DNA from: Promethearchaeota archaeon
GTDB lineage: Archaea > Asgardarchaeota > Lokiarchaeia > Sigyniarchaeales > SOKP01
NCBI GenBank assembly: GCA_019058445.1
Contig: JAHPZA010000006.1
Coordinates: 448,001 to 512,000 of the forward strand
DNA length: 64,000 bases
Reading direction: 5' to 3'
The translations under genes were made by a program, and so were the position numbers. A model generated the notes under the pieces. It worked only from the letters and a program-made list of their open reading frames with translations. It made no database searches and was not told the origin of the DNA. This document shows positions 31,371-43,192 of the stretch, in pieces. Each line of letters starts with the position of its first letter. Within the stretch, counting starts at the first letter, position 1.

Positions 31371-31964
31371 TTAGTCATGATAGCTATATCGTTGTTCTTT
31401 CCAAGGATCAGCTTTATTTGAGTATCCTCCTCTCTCCCAATAGCCGAGTCTATCTTCCTTGAGGAATGTAATTTTGATAACCCATTTGGCTGATTTATAA
31501 AAATATAATTCTGGAATGATTGGTCTAACTGGACCTCCATGTTTATCATTAATTGGTTCTCCCTCATATGAAAGGGCTAACAAAGCATTATCTGTGTTTA
31601 ACCGTTCTATCGGAACTGTCGTTGTAAAACCATCATCCGCACATAGAAATTCCACAAATTTAGCGCTATCTTTAGGCTTTACTAAGTTGAATAATTTTTT
31701 AAATGAAATACCGCTCCAATTTGTATCAAATTTACTCCAAGAGGTGACACAATGGATATCTGCTATAATTTGTTTATCTTGGAGTTGATTCAATTCAGCT
31801 AGCGAAAATTTCATAGTTTTTTCAACCTCACCCTCCACTTCCAATAAATAGCTCTCTCTGTCAACAGACGGAATCCTTCCCTTTTGAAGCACTGGAAAAC
31901 GCTCCGTTAGATGTTGACCCGGGGGAAGTCTAGAATTCTCTTTATTAGCATCATTTTCATTCAT
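31371..31964 (-). CDS. Sulfite-oxidase-like molybdopterin-binding oxidoreductase
   Basis: RLPPGQ, DIHCVTSWS, HGGPVR, YFYKSAKW, GYWERGGY. Confidence 0.92.
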   Translation of the reverse strand: MNENDANKENSRLPPGQHLTERFPVLQKGRIPSVDRESYLLEVEGEVEKTMKFSLAELNQLQDKQIIADIHCVTSWSKFDTNWSGISFKKLFNLVKPKDSAKFVEFLCADDGFTTTVPIERLNTDNALLALSYEGEPINDKHGGPVRPIIPELYFYKSAKWVIKITFLKEDRLGYWERGGYSNKADPWKEQRYSYHD

Positions 31965-32043
31965 GATAATCTATATCCCAATTTAGTATTTATAAGTTTT
32001 TAACAAATTTTTAAAAAAATTGAAAATAGTAAAAATTTTCAAG

Positions 32044-33294
32044 TTAATCCTCTTTTTCTTGAGATTCATCAGCTGCGCTAAAAAATGTTGATTTTGGCAT
32101 ATCTGAAATCGTTTGTTGTTTTTCAATTTTTCTGTAAATCCCTTTTTGAATTACATATTTCATGATCTCATCTGTGCCACCTCCAATGCGTAAAAGTCGA
32201 ACATCTCTCAAACATCTTTCTACAGGATATTTATTTGTGTACCCTATGCCTCCTAAACATTGAAGCGCATCATCGCATATTTTATTGGCCGCTTGACAAG
32301 CAAACAACTTTGCCATTGCAGCAAAATGTCCATCTTCAATATTTTTTACTGATCTTTCAACAAGGGCTTTACCCGCTTCATAATATGTCACCATTTCAGC
32401 AATTTTAAAACTAATCCCCTCAAATTCAGAAATGGGTCTTTTAAATTGAACTCTCTCTTGTGTATATTGAATGGCTATTTCCAATGCTCTTTTAGCAACA
32501 CCTAAAGCCTGGGCAGATAAAATAGCCCTTTCAGGTCCTAAGAAATTTTGTAAACCCGCTATTGCTGCAGTTTTCCCTAATCTTTTTTCACCAGGCTCTT
32601 CTTTAATTTCTTTATAAAAAAGCGCATTTTCCTTAGGAACCCTCACATCATTAAATTTCATATGCCCTAAATGTAATCCATGAAGTCCCATTAAATTATA
32701 TTCTTCAATAACCTCAAATCCGTCCCAATCGGATTGTACAATAAACCCTCCGTTTCTTGCATAGACAATAAGAATATCTGCGACACTTCCATTAACTATA
32801 AACCTCTTTTCACCATTTATAATGTATTGTTCATTGGCAGCATCGTATTTCGCAAATGTTTTCATTCTTGATAAGTCACTTCCCGCCTCGGGCTCAGTGA
32901 AACAAAAGCACCCTATCTTTTCTCCTTTAACAATTGGACTAATATAATGTTTTAATGGTCTAGTTTTCCCGAACGTCCTTATTAAAGTAGAGGGATATGT
33001 GCTTGAAAGACGGCTCATATCAACTGCAAGACTGTAATAACACACCTGTTCCGAAAATAATAACTCTTGCATATATGAACCGCCTAGCCCTCCAAAACGC
33101 TTTGGAAAAGAGATACCGATTAATCCATTTTTTCCCATAGGTCTAATCACATCCCAGATATCCATTTTACCTTGTTCTATATCATCTATATATGGCCCTA
33201 AGTTATTTTTAAGATAGTCGTCAATTTCTGCCTTCCAATTTAATTCTTCTTCTGTTAAATCTGAAAATATGCTCTCCATTTTAATATTCAACAA
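32044..33294 (-). CDS. Acyl-CoA dehydrogenase
   Basis: FTEPEAGSD, NGEKRFI, RVQF, QCLGGIGY, RIGGGTDEI. Confidence 0.93.
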   Translation of the reverse strand: MLNIKMESIFSDLTEEELNWKAEIDDYLKNNLGPYIDDIEQGKMDIWDVIRPMGKNGLIGISFPKRFGGLGGSYMQELLFSEQVCYYSLAVDMSRLSSTYPSTLIRTFGKTRPLKHYISPIVKGEKIGCFCFTEPEAGSDLSRMKTFAKYDAANEQYIINGEKRFIVNGSVADILIVYARNGGFIVQSDWDGFEVIEEYNLMGLHGLHLGHMKFNDVRVPKENALFYKEIKEEPGEKRLGKTAAIAGLQNFLGPERAILSAQALGVAKRALEIAIQYTQERVQFKRPISEFEGISFKIAEMVTYYEAGKALVERSVKNIEDGHFAAMAKLFACQAANKICDDALQCLGGIGYTNKYPVERCLRDVRLLRIGGGTDEIMKYVIQKGIYRKIEKQQTISDMPKSTFFSAADESQEKED

Positions 33295-33520
33295 ATGTTT
33301 TATTTTATTTCTATATCTTATTCTAAACTGCTATGTATAAAAGTTTTTTTAACCATCCTTGAATTGAGTTATAAAATCGGTTTAATGTTATTTTAAATAG
33401 TTAATTTTTAAGTCTATTAACGGAGCAAATAATTAATTTACTTTCCAAAAATTTTATTCTTATTATAATTTTTCAAAATTAAATTAATTGTAAATTTTAA
33501 TTCTTAACTAAAATCATGAG

Positions 33521-34813
33521 ATGGATATATTGGTTGGTAAGAAAGGAGAAGTACAATGTATAAATGATGAGATATTAGATAAGTTATCACTAAAAAATCG
33601 TAATAAATTCTTGATTAATAACCTAATTAGTATTCTTAAACCAGAACATTTTAATTTTCTTAAGCAAGCTCAAAAATTCTATGAAAGATTTGAGAAGAAA
33701 AACAATATTACTCATAAAGAGGATTATTATGATTGGATTCCCGAGATTGGGAAAGAAGGTTTGGTTAGTCGAGTAAATAAATTTGATGAATTGGGATTGA
33801 ATTTCAAACCTTTTGGCATTACAGCAGAATTCATGAGAATTCTTGCTACTGATTTTTTTGATCCCCAATTGGCAATGGGTATGGGAGCTTCTGTTCTTGT
33901 AATAAATCCGTTAATGTTACACCATGAAGGAATTGATATTCGGCTCCGAGCACTTAAAGAATTAGTTATGGGGGAGAAAGTAGGTTGTTGTTGTATTACA
34001 GAGCCAGAAAGAGGTTCTGATGCGGTTCATATGCTAACGACGTGTAATGAACAAACAGATGGTAGTTTTCTAATTAATGGGCAAAAAATTTATCAAACAA
34101 ATGGTCCGAAAGCTCATTGGGCCATCATTTATGCATGTACAGAAGAAAATAACGGAAATACAATGGGTCAATTCTTAGTAGATACTTCTTGGGAGGGATG
34201 GAATGCTGAAAGAGTAATTATCCCTTGGACACCAAGAATGTTCATTGGCAAAGAAACATTTACTAATTTAAAAGTGCCTAATGAGTGCATACTAGGCCCA
34301 CCCGGTCAAGGGAGAGAACACCTTTTTGAGGGATTAAATTTAGAAAGACTGGGTATTGTTGCCTTAAATATAGCAGAAGCATGGAATGCGATAACTCACG
34401 CTATTATTTATTGTAATATGAGGAAGCAATTTGATCTAGAGATTCTGAAATATCAAGGAGTAGGGTTTCCTTTGGCTGATTTATGGGCTCAAACAATGAA
34501 TCTTACGTTAGCGTTTTTACATATTTCTGAACTTATTGATCAGAAAATGGAACAATTTGGCAGAACTCTTCCAAAACAATTTAATTTAGCATTAGTTGCA
34601 AATGCATCTCAACTCAAATCCCAAAGTGCCAAATTAAGTGAACGTGTATGTTATGAATGTGTCAACTTAATGGGGGGCGCTGGAGCATGTGATAATACCC
34701 TTATGCAGGATTTGTTAGGGATCTCACGGATACAGGAAATGGGCGGTGGAACACGACAAATTCAACAGTATATCATGAGCCTAGCCTTAAGACAATTATT
34801 TAAAATGATTTAA
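33521..34813 (+). CDS. Acyl-CoA dehydrogenase
   Basis: ITEPERGSD, NGQKIYQTN, RKQF, LMGGAG, GGGTRQI. Confidence 0.9.
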   Translation: MDILVGKKGEVQCINDEILDKLSLKNRNKFLINNLISILKPEHFNFLKQAQKFYERFEKKNNITHKEDYYDWIPEIGKEGLVSRVNKFDELGLNFKPFGITAEFMRILATDFFDPQLAMGMGASVLVINPLMLHHEGIDIRLRALKELVMGEKVGCCCITEPERGSDAVHMLTTCNEQTDGSFLINGQKIYQTNGPKAHWAIIYACTEENNGNTMGQFLVDTSWEGWNAERVIIPWTPRMFIGKETFTNLKVPNECILGPPGQGREHLFEGLNLERLGIVALNIAEAWNAITHAIIYCNMRKQFDLEILKYQGVGFPLADLWAQTMNLTLAFLHISELIDQKMEQFGRTLPKQFNLALVANASQLKSQSAKLSERVCYECVNLMGGAGACDNTLMQDLLGISRIQEMGGGTRQIQQYIMSLALRQLFKMI

Positions 34814-35025
34814 AAAAGAGAAAAGTAAGATAAATTAAATTTTAATTATTTTTTTTTTAAAGATATACCCAGATTTAGATTTTCTAAAATTACTCTTTTG
34901 TGAATTTTACTATAATAAGTAGACTTTTCTATTTAAAGGTAAAAATTATTCTTTCTTTTTCTTTTCTTTAAATAATTGAATTTTTTTGCAAAAAAAAATA
35001 AGATTAATTTGCATTATTTCTCTTT

Positions 35026-36009
35026 TTATTTATTGTTCCTTTTATCTTTTTGAGAGATTCCCAAGCTCAGATTCTCGATTAACTCTGTGTACCGATTCCG
35101 AATCGTGACCTCTGTCACCTGCGAGATTTTAGCTATTTTTCTCTGTGTTCTACGCTCTTTGCATAAGATAGATGCGGCATAGATTGATGCGGCACAAACC
35201 CCTGTAGGACCCCTTCCAGAGGTTAAACCTCTTTGTTCTGCCATTTTAATTATTTTTTTAGATACTTGCTGGCATTTTTGAGATAAATCCAATTCACTAA
35301 TAAAACGAGTAAGAAAATCAACCGGTTTGGTCGGATTTAAATTTAATCTTAATTCTTTAGAAATAAAGCGAAAGGAGCGTCCGATTTCCTTTTTATCGAC
35401 CCGGGCAACTTCAGCTATTTCATTTAACGTTCGAGGAACTTTATACATTCTACACGCAGCATAAAGGCTAGCTGCTGCGACACCTTCAATACTTCGTCCA
35501 CGAATAAGATGAGCTTCTACAGCATCTCGATATATCTTTGCAGAACACTCACGTAGATTTTTCTGTAAATCTAGGTTGGAAGCCATTCGATCCAATTCAG
35601 ATAAAGCAAAAGTCAAATTCCTTTCAGTCGCGTCTGATACTCTTATTCGACTTTGCCATTTTCTTAATCTGTATATCTGAGCTCGTAATTTTGCAGGAAT
35701 TTCTTTACCAAAAATATCGCGATTTTTCCAGTCAATCATTGTTGAGAGACCTTTGTCGTGAATCATATAAGTCATTGGTGCTCCCGTTCTTGTACGTTTC
35801 TTTTTTTGGTCTGCATCAAACGCACGCCATTCAGGGCCTTGGTCAATATAGCGTTCTGATGCAATTAATCCACAATTTTCGCATACAAATAGGCCTCTAT
35901 TCTCATCAAAAGAAATTGAATGTCCACACTCATTACAGCTATCACCTGCACTAAAAGAATCTTTATTTATTTCATCGAGGGTTATCTTTACATTATTCCA
36001 ACTTGAAAT
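35026..36009 (-). CDS. tfb: Transcription initiation factor IIB (probable ATT start at 36009)
   Basis: In-frame upstream Zn ribbon CNEC...CENC and GPEWRAF B-reader; cyclin repeats [20 protein letters not shown]. Confidence 0.93.
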   Translation of the reverse strand: MSSWNNVKITLDEINKDSFSAGDSCNECGHSISFDENRGLFVCENCGLIASERYIDQGPEWRAFDADQKKKRTRTGAPMTYMIHDKGLSTMIDWKNRDIFGKEIPAKLRAQIYRLRKWQSRIRVSDATERNLTFALSELDRMASNLDLQKNLRECSAKIYRDAVEAHLIRGRSIEGVAAASLYAACRMYKVPRTLNEIAEVARVDKKEIGRSFRFISKELRLNLNPTKPVDFLTRFISELDLSQKCQQVSKKIIKMAEQRGLTSGRGPTGVCAASIYAASILCKERRTQRKIAKISQVTEVTIRNRYTELIENLSLGISQKDKRNNK

Positions 36010-36056
36010 AATTTACACCTTTAATTTGCTTTTTTTAAAAATTTTGAGAACTCTTG

Positions 36057-36302
36057 TCAGACTTTTACAAAAAGTTCATTATATGGGCTAAATTCTTTAT
36101 TCGGCAGAGTTTTAATGGAAATAAATGGTAAAGTTATTGGTCCAAATATTTCTTTAATATACCCTATTTCCTCATAATTCATATTAAAAACAGGTTTACG
36201 GTAAATTTTTTCAAAGTTTCTATTCCATTGTTTCACTCTAAATATTTGATGCTTTTTAGATTTCCCTATGTAGAATAGACTTAGTTTAACCCAACTTTTC
36301 AA
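36057..36302 (-). CDS. gar1: H/ACA RNP protein Gar1/Naf1-like
   Basis: IGYIKEIFGPITLPF motif; conserved position upstream of tfb. Confidence 0.7.
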   Translation of the reverse strand: MKSWVKLSLFYIGKSKKHQIFRVKQWNRNFEKIYRKPVFNMNYEEIGYIKEIFGPITLPFISIKTLPNKEFSPYNELFVKV

Positions 36303-36556
36303 TATTTTACCATCTTTGGCAATTGAAATATAAACTAAAATAATTGATCTTTGCTATTTAAAGTTAATTAATTTTAGCTTATAACTTATTTAATTCCTAC
36401 AAAAAAGTAGAGTCGATTTTTGGCAACATTATATGGTTTTTTGTCAAAATTTATTAGTATCGAAAGAAAAAACATGACTTTTTTATTCCAAAGTACTTAA
36501 ATATTTACAAATTTTCACAGAAATAATCTTGTTTTGGATCAAAAAAATTTGTGAAT

Positions 36557-37660
36557 TCAATGATAATTTCTTTGCATATCGTATTTTATTTTACAATCGC
36601 AATCTACTTCCTTATAATCTCTCAATTTATGTATATCTTGATTTAAAACGAAGTCTTTCAGCAATTGTATCATTTTGTCATCACATTTTAAGCAGTTATG
36701 AATTCCTCTTTTAGTACCCGCTCCTGAGGGGTCAGAGACTATTCTAATATTTGTGAGATCTTCTTGTTTGATTGCTTTTTTTAGGCACTTGAATAGGGAG
36801 TAGAACCACGGTGGTCGATATCTATTTTGATACCACAGATATTCTGCTAATGAACCTTTTTGAATATTTAGAGGATTTATTGAAATAGAATTTACTTTTA
36901 AATTTATTAAAGATGTAATTGAATCTATGCAATCATCGATAGCTCCCTGTTCATTAAGAAAAGGAGGTTTAAATAACAAATAAGCTTTCACGCCTATATC
37001 ATATTCTCTACATAAATCAACAGCTTTAAGAAACTTTTCATACATTAAGCCTTTATTAATATAATTATTTCTTATATAATCATTAGTTGTTTCAAGTCCA
37101 ATTCCAATTTCAATATATTTATTCTTAAGATTGTTTTTAAGGATTGATAGCTGGTCTGCGGTTAGATATTCAACTCTAGACTCAATTACAAACTCTTTAA
37201 TGTTTTTAATTTCAGCAATTTTCCGATAAATATGCATGCGAACAGTTATGTCAAGCTCTGAATCATCAAAGAAGCTACCTGAGTTGAAAATTTTAAGTAT
37301 ATAATTATTTTGTGGATCTTTTATTTCATTTTGTTTTCTTTCTAAAGCATAATCAAATTGCTTGATAAGGTACTGTGAGGGTACTTCTTTAATATTAGCA
37401 TCTTGAATGTATCCGCACATGGAACACCCTCCATAATTACCTAAAGCCCAGCTACATCCCTTGGTCCTTAATATTATCGTAAATTCTTTGCCTATTTCAT
37501 CTATAAGCCTATCAGTTTTGGTCCAGAAACTTACGGGTTTTTCTAATTGCTCATTTGTAAGTTCTCGTTTTTTTCTTAATGCCTTTTTCCTTAATGAAGA
37601 GATAAAATCTCCCAATGGATTCTGATGATTTTCATTTGACACTTTCATAGACTGTAGCAA
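36557..37660 (-). CDS. Archaeosine biosynthesis radical SAM protein RaSEA
   Basis: RTKGCSWA...GCSMCGY, KIFNSGSF, IGLET, YRPPW, RGIHNC; coupled to arcS. Confidence 0.88.
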   Translation of the reverse strand: MLQSMKVSNENHQNPLGDFISSLRKKALRKKRELTNEQLEKPVSFWTKTDRLIDEIGKEFTIILRTKGCSWALGNYGGCSMCGYIQDANIKEVPSQYLIKQFDYALERKQNEIKDPQNNYILKIFNSGSFFDDSELDITVRMHIYRKIAEIKNIKEFVIESRVEYLTADQLSILKNNLKNKYIEIGIGLETTNDYIRNNYINKGLMYEKFLKAVDLCREYDIGVKAYLLFKPPFLNEQGAIDDCIDSITSLINLKVNSISINPLNIQKGSLAEYLWYQNRYRPPWFYSLFKCLKKAIKQEDLTNIRIVSDPSGAGTKRGIHNCLKCDDKMIQLLKDFVLNQDIHKLRDYKEVDCDCKIKYDMQRNYH

Positions 37661-39710
37661 CTCGACCTGTTTCTGTATTTTTTATAACATGAGATCCTAC
37701 TATAACATGTCCCATTCCAATAATTTCTTTTTTATCTTCATCAAGAATTATCACATTATCATAAGGCATTAGGTTTCGACTAAAATCTAATATTCCTGGT
37801 CGAAACAATGTATTTCCACTCATTTTTTTACCATTAAATATAATGAATTTTTCTAGTTCTGAAAAGGGTTTCAAAATATAGGCACCTTTTATTGTAAGAT
37901 CAATTTGCCCCGTGCTATAATTGAAAAACCCTAAAGAATTATTATTTTTTGTATCTATTATTTCAATTCGAGTATGAGATTTACCTTTTCTTATTTTAAT
38001 ACCGGGTTTAATGATTTTGCTTCCTGAGCCTTGCCCATATTGATAATCTAAAATTTTAATAAATTTGCGATCCCAGGTTTTTGATACATAAAATTCTTTA
38101 GAGATTTGACCAATAGGGTTAAAATCCTTTATTTTAGTATCAATTAGAGATTTTAATGATTCCAAAGATTCTTTAGTAGTTAAATTATGAGTGATGCTGC
38201 TAAAGTAAAAATGATGATTTAGTTGTTTTTGCGCTCTTTTAATAATTTCGAGATATGCTTCATTGAGATGGCATATTATAGGAATGTTATGATTGAATTT
38301 TTCAAGTAATTTAACAAGCATCTCGGCAGAAATATTTAATTCTTCTTCACTCCATTCTCCCGTAACTGAAATATCATATGAATTAGCAGGGTATATATTT
38401 TCAAGTTGTCTTGGAATTGCACCCAATGGAGAAGTTAGAATTATTTCTTGGAAATCAGGGAATTCGGGATATTTTCTTAAAATACTTAAATATTTTTTAT
38501 GGGATTTGGATTCGGAATATGGCTTTCCTGCTGAACAAGGAAATAATATGATCAATCTTGTTTGATGTTCCGGTTCGAAAGTTTCTATAACTCTTTCTCG
38601 AAATTCTTGGAAATCTGGTCTGTGGTATGATAATGCTCCAAGACAATTTACTTTTTTGTTCTTTTGAGTGATGGGGGTTTCATATTTAATTAGATTAAAA
38701 TAGTCTCTATCCAAGATTCTTAGCATAGAGATAATATTAGTATCATCTAAAGAGGATTTTTCAACAAAAGCCCGAAAGTCCTCATAATTTAGATATTGTA
38801 TGATTTTGTTCATATATGTTTTCGCTGAAATTAAGTTATGAAGACTTAAGCAGTATATTTTTTCTGAGGAATATTTTTCTTTTAGTAAATGTTTCAATTT
38901 TCCTCTACAAGCTCGACATGAGCATGGTAAATATTTAATTTTATATATCGGCAATAAATATTCTATAGCATTATAGAAGTTTTCTGAGGATAAATACAAA
39001 AGGTAAGAGCTATCAATTAAATCAATACCTAAATAAACTAGTATGGGATACATATTTGGGATAATTCTGCCTGATGCGACTATAATGATACTGTTATCTA
39101 ATTCTTGCTTAATCCTTAAAATTAAGTCTAGTATTTTCCTAAAATTGGAAATATTATCAAAAATATCAGCTAAGTTCAAAATCTTAATATTTTGATTCCT
39201 ATTGATTAGTTTAAAATAGAGATCAGATAATTCTACAAAGTCAAAGATTTTAATTGTTAACCCAAAACTAAGGTCAGCATTTTTTTTAAGAATATTTTCT
39301 GCATTCTTTAAGTAATTTTCAATTTCTCTGTTTGCAAAATTCTTGTTTATTACAGTAGTTGGTATTTCAAAGGGGATAATAGCGAAGATACCATTCTCAA
39401 TAAGAATTCTTTTATTTCTTAATAAGACTTCTTTAAACTTTTCCAGAGTACCATAGCTAGTGTATATGATGCTCGAAGACTGGAAATTTTTTTTTAGAGC
39501 TTCATTTTTCAATATTTCCTCTCTTGAAATTTTAAATAAAACATGGTCTTGGAATTCACTAATGAAGTCAATATGATTCATTAAAATACTATTCAATGGA
39601 ATAATGATATTTGGAGTATAGATATATTTCTTATCTTTTTCCGAGCCTAAAATCCTCCCACTACGAGCTAATCCTACCTGTGAATTTAAAACTTCAAAAA
39701 AAAAAGTCAT
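37632..39710 (-). CDS. arcS: Archaeosine synthase ArcS (TGT-like + DUF5591 + PUA)
   Basis: PCSAGKPYSESKSH, TSPLGAIPRQLE..YP...YDISVTGEW; C-terminal PUA. Confidence 0.88.
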   Translation of the reverse strand: MTFFFEVLNSQVGLARSGRILGSEKDKKYIYTPNIIIPLNSILMNHIDFISEFQDHVLFKISREEILKNEALKKNFQSSSIIYTSYGTLEKFKEVLLRNKRILIENGIFAIIPFEIPTTVINKNFANREIENYLKNAENILKKNADLSFGLTIKIFDFVELSDLYFKLINRNQNIKILNLADIFDNISNFRKILDLILRIKQELDNSIIIVASGRIIPNMYPILVYLGIDLIDSSYLLYLSSENFYNAIEYLLPIYKIKYLPCSCRACRGKLKHLLKEKYSSEKIYCLSLHNLISAKTYMNKIIQYLNYEDFRAFVEKSSLDDTNIISMLRILDRDYFNLIKYETPITQKNKKVNCLGALSYHRPDFQEFRERVIETFEPEHQTRLIILFPCSAGKPYSESKSHKKYLSILRKYPEFPDFQEIILTSPLGAIPRQLENIYPANSYDISVTGEWSEEELNISAEMLVKLLEKFNHNIPIICHLNEAYLEIIKRAQKQLNHHFYFSSITHNLTTKESLESLKSLIDTKIKDFNPIGQISKEFYVSKTWDRKFIKILDYQYGQGSGSKIIKPGIKIRKGKSHTRIEIIDTKNNNSLGFFNYSTGQIDLTIKGAYILKPFSELEKFIIFNGKKMSGNTLFRPGILDFSRNLMPYDNVIILDEDKKEIIGMGHVIVGSHVIKNTETGRVATVYESVK

Positions 39711-39771
39711 TATTCTACTATGGAAATTAAAAAACTATAATCTTTTACTAAATATAGTTTATCCTATTTAA

Positions 39772-41703
39772 TTAATCTGCTTCCGTTAGTAAAATAATAA
39801 AATTACTTCCTTTCGAGTGATCTCCTTCAATTCTATCTTCAACCCAGATCTCTCCTTCATATGTTTCAATAATTTTCTTAACTAAAGATAAACCTAACCC
39901 CAAACCACTAATACTCTTATCTTTATTATATGCTCTTAAAAATATTTCTTCTTTACGAGCATCTTCTATCCCTATCCCGTTATCCGTAAATTCTATTCTT
40001 ATGTGATTAGTATCGCCCATTTGTTCTTGAGAAACTTTAATATGAATCTGGATTGTGGGATTATCGTTATATTTTACAGCATTAATTAACAAATTCTCAA
40101 ATACATCAGCTAAAAGCTCATTGGCAAAAACATCTATAATGTTCTTAAAAGTGTCGATCTTTATACTTAGATTGCCTTTTTGAATCCAGTTATGTATGAA
40201 ACTTATTGATTTTTTTAAAATTTCGTATAACTCTATTTTTTTCAATGGATTTTCAGATTCCTCAATTTGAGATAATTTTTGTATGTTATCTACTAATTTC
40301 GCTCCTCTTAAAATTTGTTCCTTAATTATGGTACTGATTTCTTTTAATTCATCCGTTTTTTCTGGCACTTCCAAAAACATATTAATAAGATCGTTTGCAG
40401 AACCGATGTTTTGAAGGATATTTCCTATGTCATGTGAGAAAATATCTTTAAAAAAGTTTGCTCGATTATAAGATTCGCGATACTTTTTCTCTGATTCTTT
40501 TAATTTTTGTTCTGCAAATTTTCTATCTGTGATTTCTTTTAACATTACCTGAATTAACGTTTTATCTTCAATTGTCAATAATGAAAGGTAAGCGTTTATC
40601 CAAACTATAGTACCGTCTTCCCTAAAAAGTGTAAATTCAAATGAATCTATAGTTTCTCCATTAATGAGGGCCTGTAAAATATTTCTAAAAAAAGGTACTT
40701 TTTTTTTATTATATTGCCCAATCCAATCAAAAATATTATCCCCTAATATCTGTTCTTTCACCTGTGAGTGGAATCTTATTCTCGCAGTTTCATTGAGATC
40801 TACGATGTTTCCTTCGAAATCTAATAGATAAATTGCTAAAGGAGAGTTGTCAAATAAATGCCGATATTTTTTTTCTGAATCTTCCAATGCTTTTTTTGCA
40901 AGGACTCTTTCCGTAATATCTTCGTAAGTTCCTAATAATCCGACTACCTCTCCTTGAGAATTATGCAGTGGAATTTTATTTGTGTCAACCCAAGCTTCCT
41001 TACCATCGGCTTGTAATTGGGGTTCAATAATATGATACTCTGGTTTATTAGATTCCATCACAAGGCGATCTATTTCAAAAAACGATTCTGCCTGTGATTT
41101 TTCCCAAGCTAAATCGTAATCTGTTTTTCCAATAATATTGTTAGGATCACCCACTCCCGCGACTCTCGCAAAATTTCTGTTGCAACCTAAAAATACTGAA
41201 TTAATATCTTTCCAAAAAATAAATTGAGGTATATTATCAAGAACAATTTGAAACATTTGTTTACTTTCAATTAATTCAGCTTTGGCTATATTTTCTTCAG
41301 TTATATCTTTTATAACTACAACTACGAATTTTGGCTTTCCTTGCTCATCTTTAATTAGAGTCGCGCTTAACTTTCCATATAAAAAAGTACCGTCATCCCT
41401 CTTAAATTTATAGGTGGCTCCTCTTAGAGTTCCTTCATTTAAAGCCGTTTCATAATCTTTTCGCACCATTTCAAGATGTTCTGGAGCTACATATTCAAAA
41501 CCACTTTTACCTATTATATCCTCTTTTTTAACATGAGTTCCTAGTAATTTTAGAGTGCTGTCTGAAATATTAATAATCTTTCCTTCGGTATCTAACATTA
41601 ATAGTATATCTGGGAATGTGCTGAATAAAGTATCATAAAACACCTCTTTTATCTCATATGATTTTTTTTCTAATTCAGAATCATTCTCAGGTTTATCTCG
41701 CAT
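39772..41703 (-). CDS. Multi-PAS sensor histidine kinase
   Basis: Three PAS/PAC domains; FSHDIGN H-box; [20 protein letters not shown]. Confidence 0.93.
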   Translation of the reverse strand: MRDKPENDSELEKKSYEIKEVFYDTLFSTFPDILLMLDTEGKIINISDSTLKLLGTHVKKEDIIGKSGFEYVAPEHLEMVRKDYETALNEGTLRGATYKFKRDDGTFLYGKLSATLIKDEQGKPKFVVVVIKDITEENIAKAELIESKQMFQIVLDNIPQFIFWKDINSVFLGCNRNFARVAGVGDPNNIIGKTDYDLAWEKSQAESFFEIDRLVMESNKPEYHIIEPQLQADGKEAWVDTNKIPLHNSQGEVVGLLGTYEDITERVLAKKALEDSEKKYRHLFDNSPLAIYLLDFEGNIVDLNETARIRFHSQVKEQILGDNIFDWIGQYNKKKVPFFRNILQALINGETIDSFEFTLFREDGTIVWINAYLSLLTIEDKTLIQVMLKEITDRKFAEQKLKESEKKYRESYNRANFFKDIFSHDIGNILQNIGSANDLINMFLEVPEKTDELKEISTIIKEQILRGAKLVDNIQKLSQIEESENPLKKIELYEILKKSISFIHNWIQKGNLSIKIDTFKNIIDVFANELLADVFENLLINAVKYNDNPTIQIHIKVSQEQMGDTNHIRIEFTDNGIGIEDARKEEIFLRAYNKDKSISGLGLGLSLVKKIIETYEGEIWVEDRIEGDHSKGSNFIILLTEAD

Positions 41704-42053
41704 TAATGAATTTCTCCTGAAAAAATATTAAACTAAAAACCATGATCTAATTTTAATACAATTATTCTAACAAAAATAACGTAATGGAATCTATATTTAT
41801 ATGTTTGGTAGTAGTAAAGTTATTCATGATTAGTTTAAGAGAGTTGCTATCTTATTAGTTTCATCAATTTCCGTTCAAATTGACTAATTTTTTTTCGATT
41901 TGATTATCCTTATTGAAATTTCTCTAAAAATATTAGAATAATCCATCATATTTCATTTCCAATAAAGAATATTGTTGTAAATATTGAAATAAAATAATTA
42001 AATCAACACTTTTACTGTGAAAAAAATTACTGAAAGCTAAATTTTTCTCACTT

Positions 42054-43040
42054 TTAAAAAATTATAAAATTTGTAAATGGTTTGAGCTCATCCAGTACAA
42101 AATTAGTAAATGTGTCTTCTACATCCTCTTCATAAAAAAGATCTCTTATGAAACTACCATAGCCTTCAATTCTTTTAACTCTTACAATGGCAAATAGGCC
42201 ATATTGTGTTCCAATTCTAAATAAATCCGTTATTTCATCCTTTTCTTCAAGTTTTCTTGCTAAAAGATCATATTTCGATGGATCTTTAGGCTTAATTCGA
42301 ACAATAAATTTTCCCTTAAAACCTAATTTTTTTGGACAAAAATTAATCGAATAATTTAAAATCACATTATTCTTTTCAAGTTTTTTAATCTTATTATGAA
42401 CTGTTGGCTGGGAAATCCCTTCTTTATAGTGTTTTAGTGCAATACTTTTATACTCTTCATTGATTATATGTTTTATTTCATAGGTGGAGATGGACTTTAT
42501 TCCCTGTCTTTCCTGCAATATTTTTAAAATTAATTCGTCGATCTTATCCAACTCAAATTGCTTATTAATTTCTGAATTTTCTAATTTAACTCCGTTGGTT
42601 TTAAACACTTTTATTGTGTCAATTATCTGATATTTTTTAAAATATGAATGGGCCATAATTTTGTCTATTAAGTTTAGTGTCTGATAATAATCATCTGAAG
42701 ATTTAAAAACAAAAAGTGCAATTAAAGAAAATTCTCCGAAAATTCCGTCCAGCATCTTTAACTGGGGTAATTTTAGTAGTTCTTCAACTAATTTGGGCTC
42801 TTTTGGATTTGTTTTAATTTCAAGCATTACAAATTTCAAATTATTTGGATGGATATTTGGATTTATATTGATTGTAAAATTTCTAATTATTTGTTGATCT
42901 TTCAAATTATTTAGCTTATTTTGTATTGTTTGTCGAGATATACCTAAAGCTTGAGAATTCTTTGATATATTAAATTTGATTTTAGTATTTAACTGTTTTA
43001 CAAGAATTAGATTATTTGCTCTTTCTTTATGATTACTCAT
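42054..43040 (-). CDS. Tandem Lrp/AsnC family transcriptional regulator
   Basis: Two HTH-RAM units (LGISRQTIQNKL; ISQPTVHNKIKKL). Confidence 0.85.
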   Translation of the reverse strand: MSNHKERANNLILVKQLNTKIKFNISKNSQALGISRQTIQNKLNNLKDQQIIRNFTININPNIHPNNLKFVMLEIKTNPKEPKLVEELLKLPQLKMLDGIFGEFSLIALFVFKSSDDYYQTLNLIDKIMAHSYFKKYQIIDTIKVFKTNGVKLENSEINKQFELDKIDELILKILQERQGIKSISTYEIKHIINEEYKSIALKHYKEGISQPTVHNKIKKLEKNNVILNYSINFCPKKLGFKGKFIVRIKPKDPSKYDLLARKLEEKDEITDLFRIGTQYGLFAIVRVKRIEGYGSFIRDLFYEEDVEDTFTNFVLDELKPFTNFIIF

Positions 43041-43192
43041 TTTCGAATAATTTTATGTATTTACTATATTTATTAATTATTTGTTAAATATAAGAATTTG
43101 TTTCTCAGCAGTTAATCATAAATATGTTTAAATTTGAATCAAAATTAAATGACATAAAATAATGACAAATTTATTAAAAAAGTGATCAGAAA

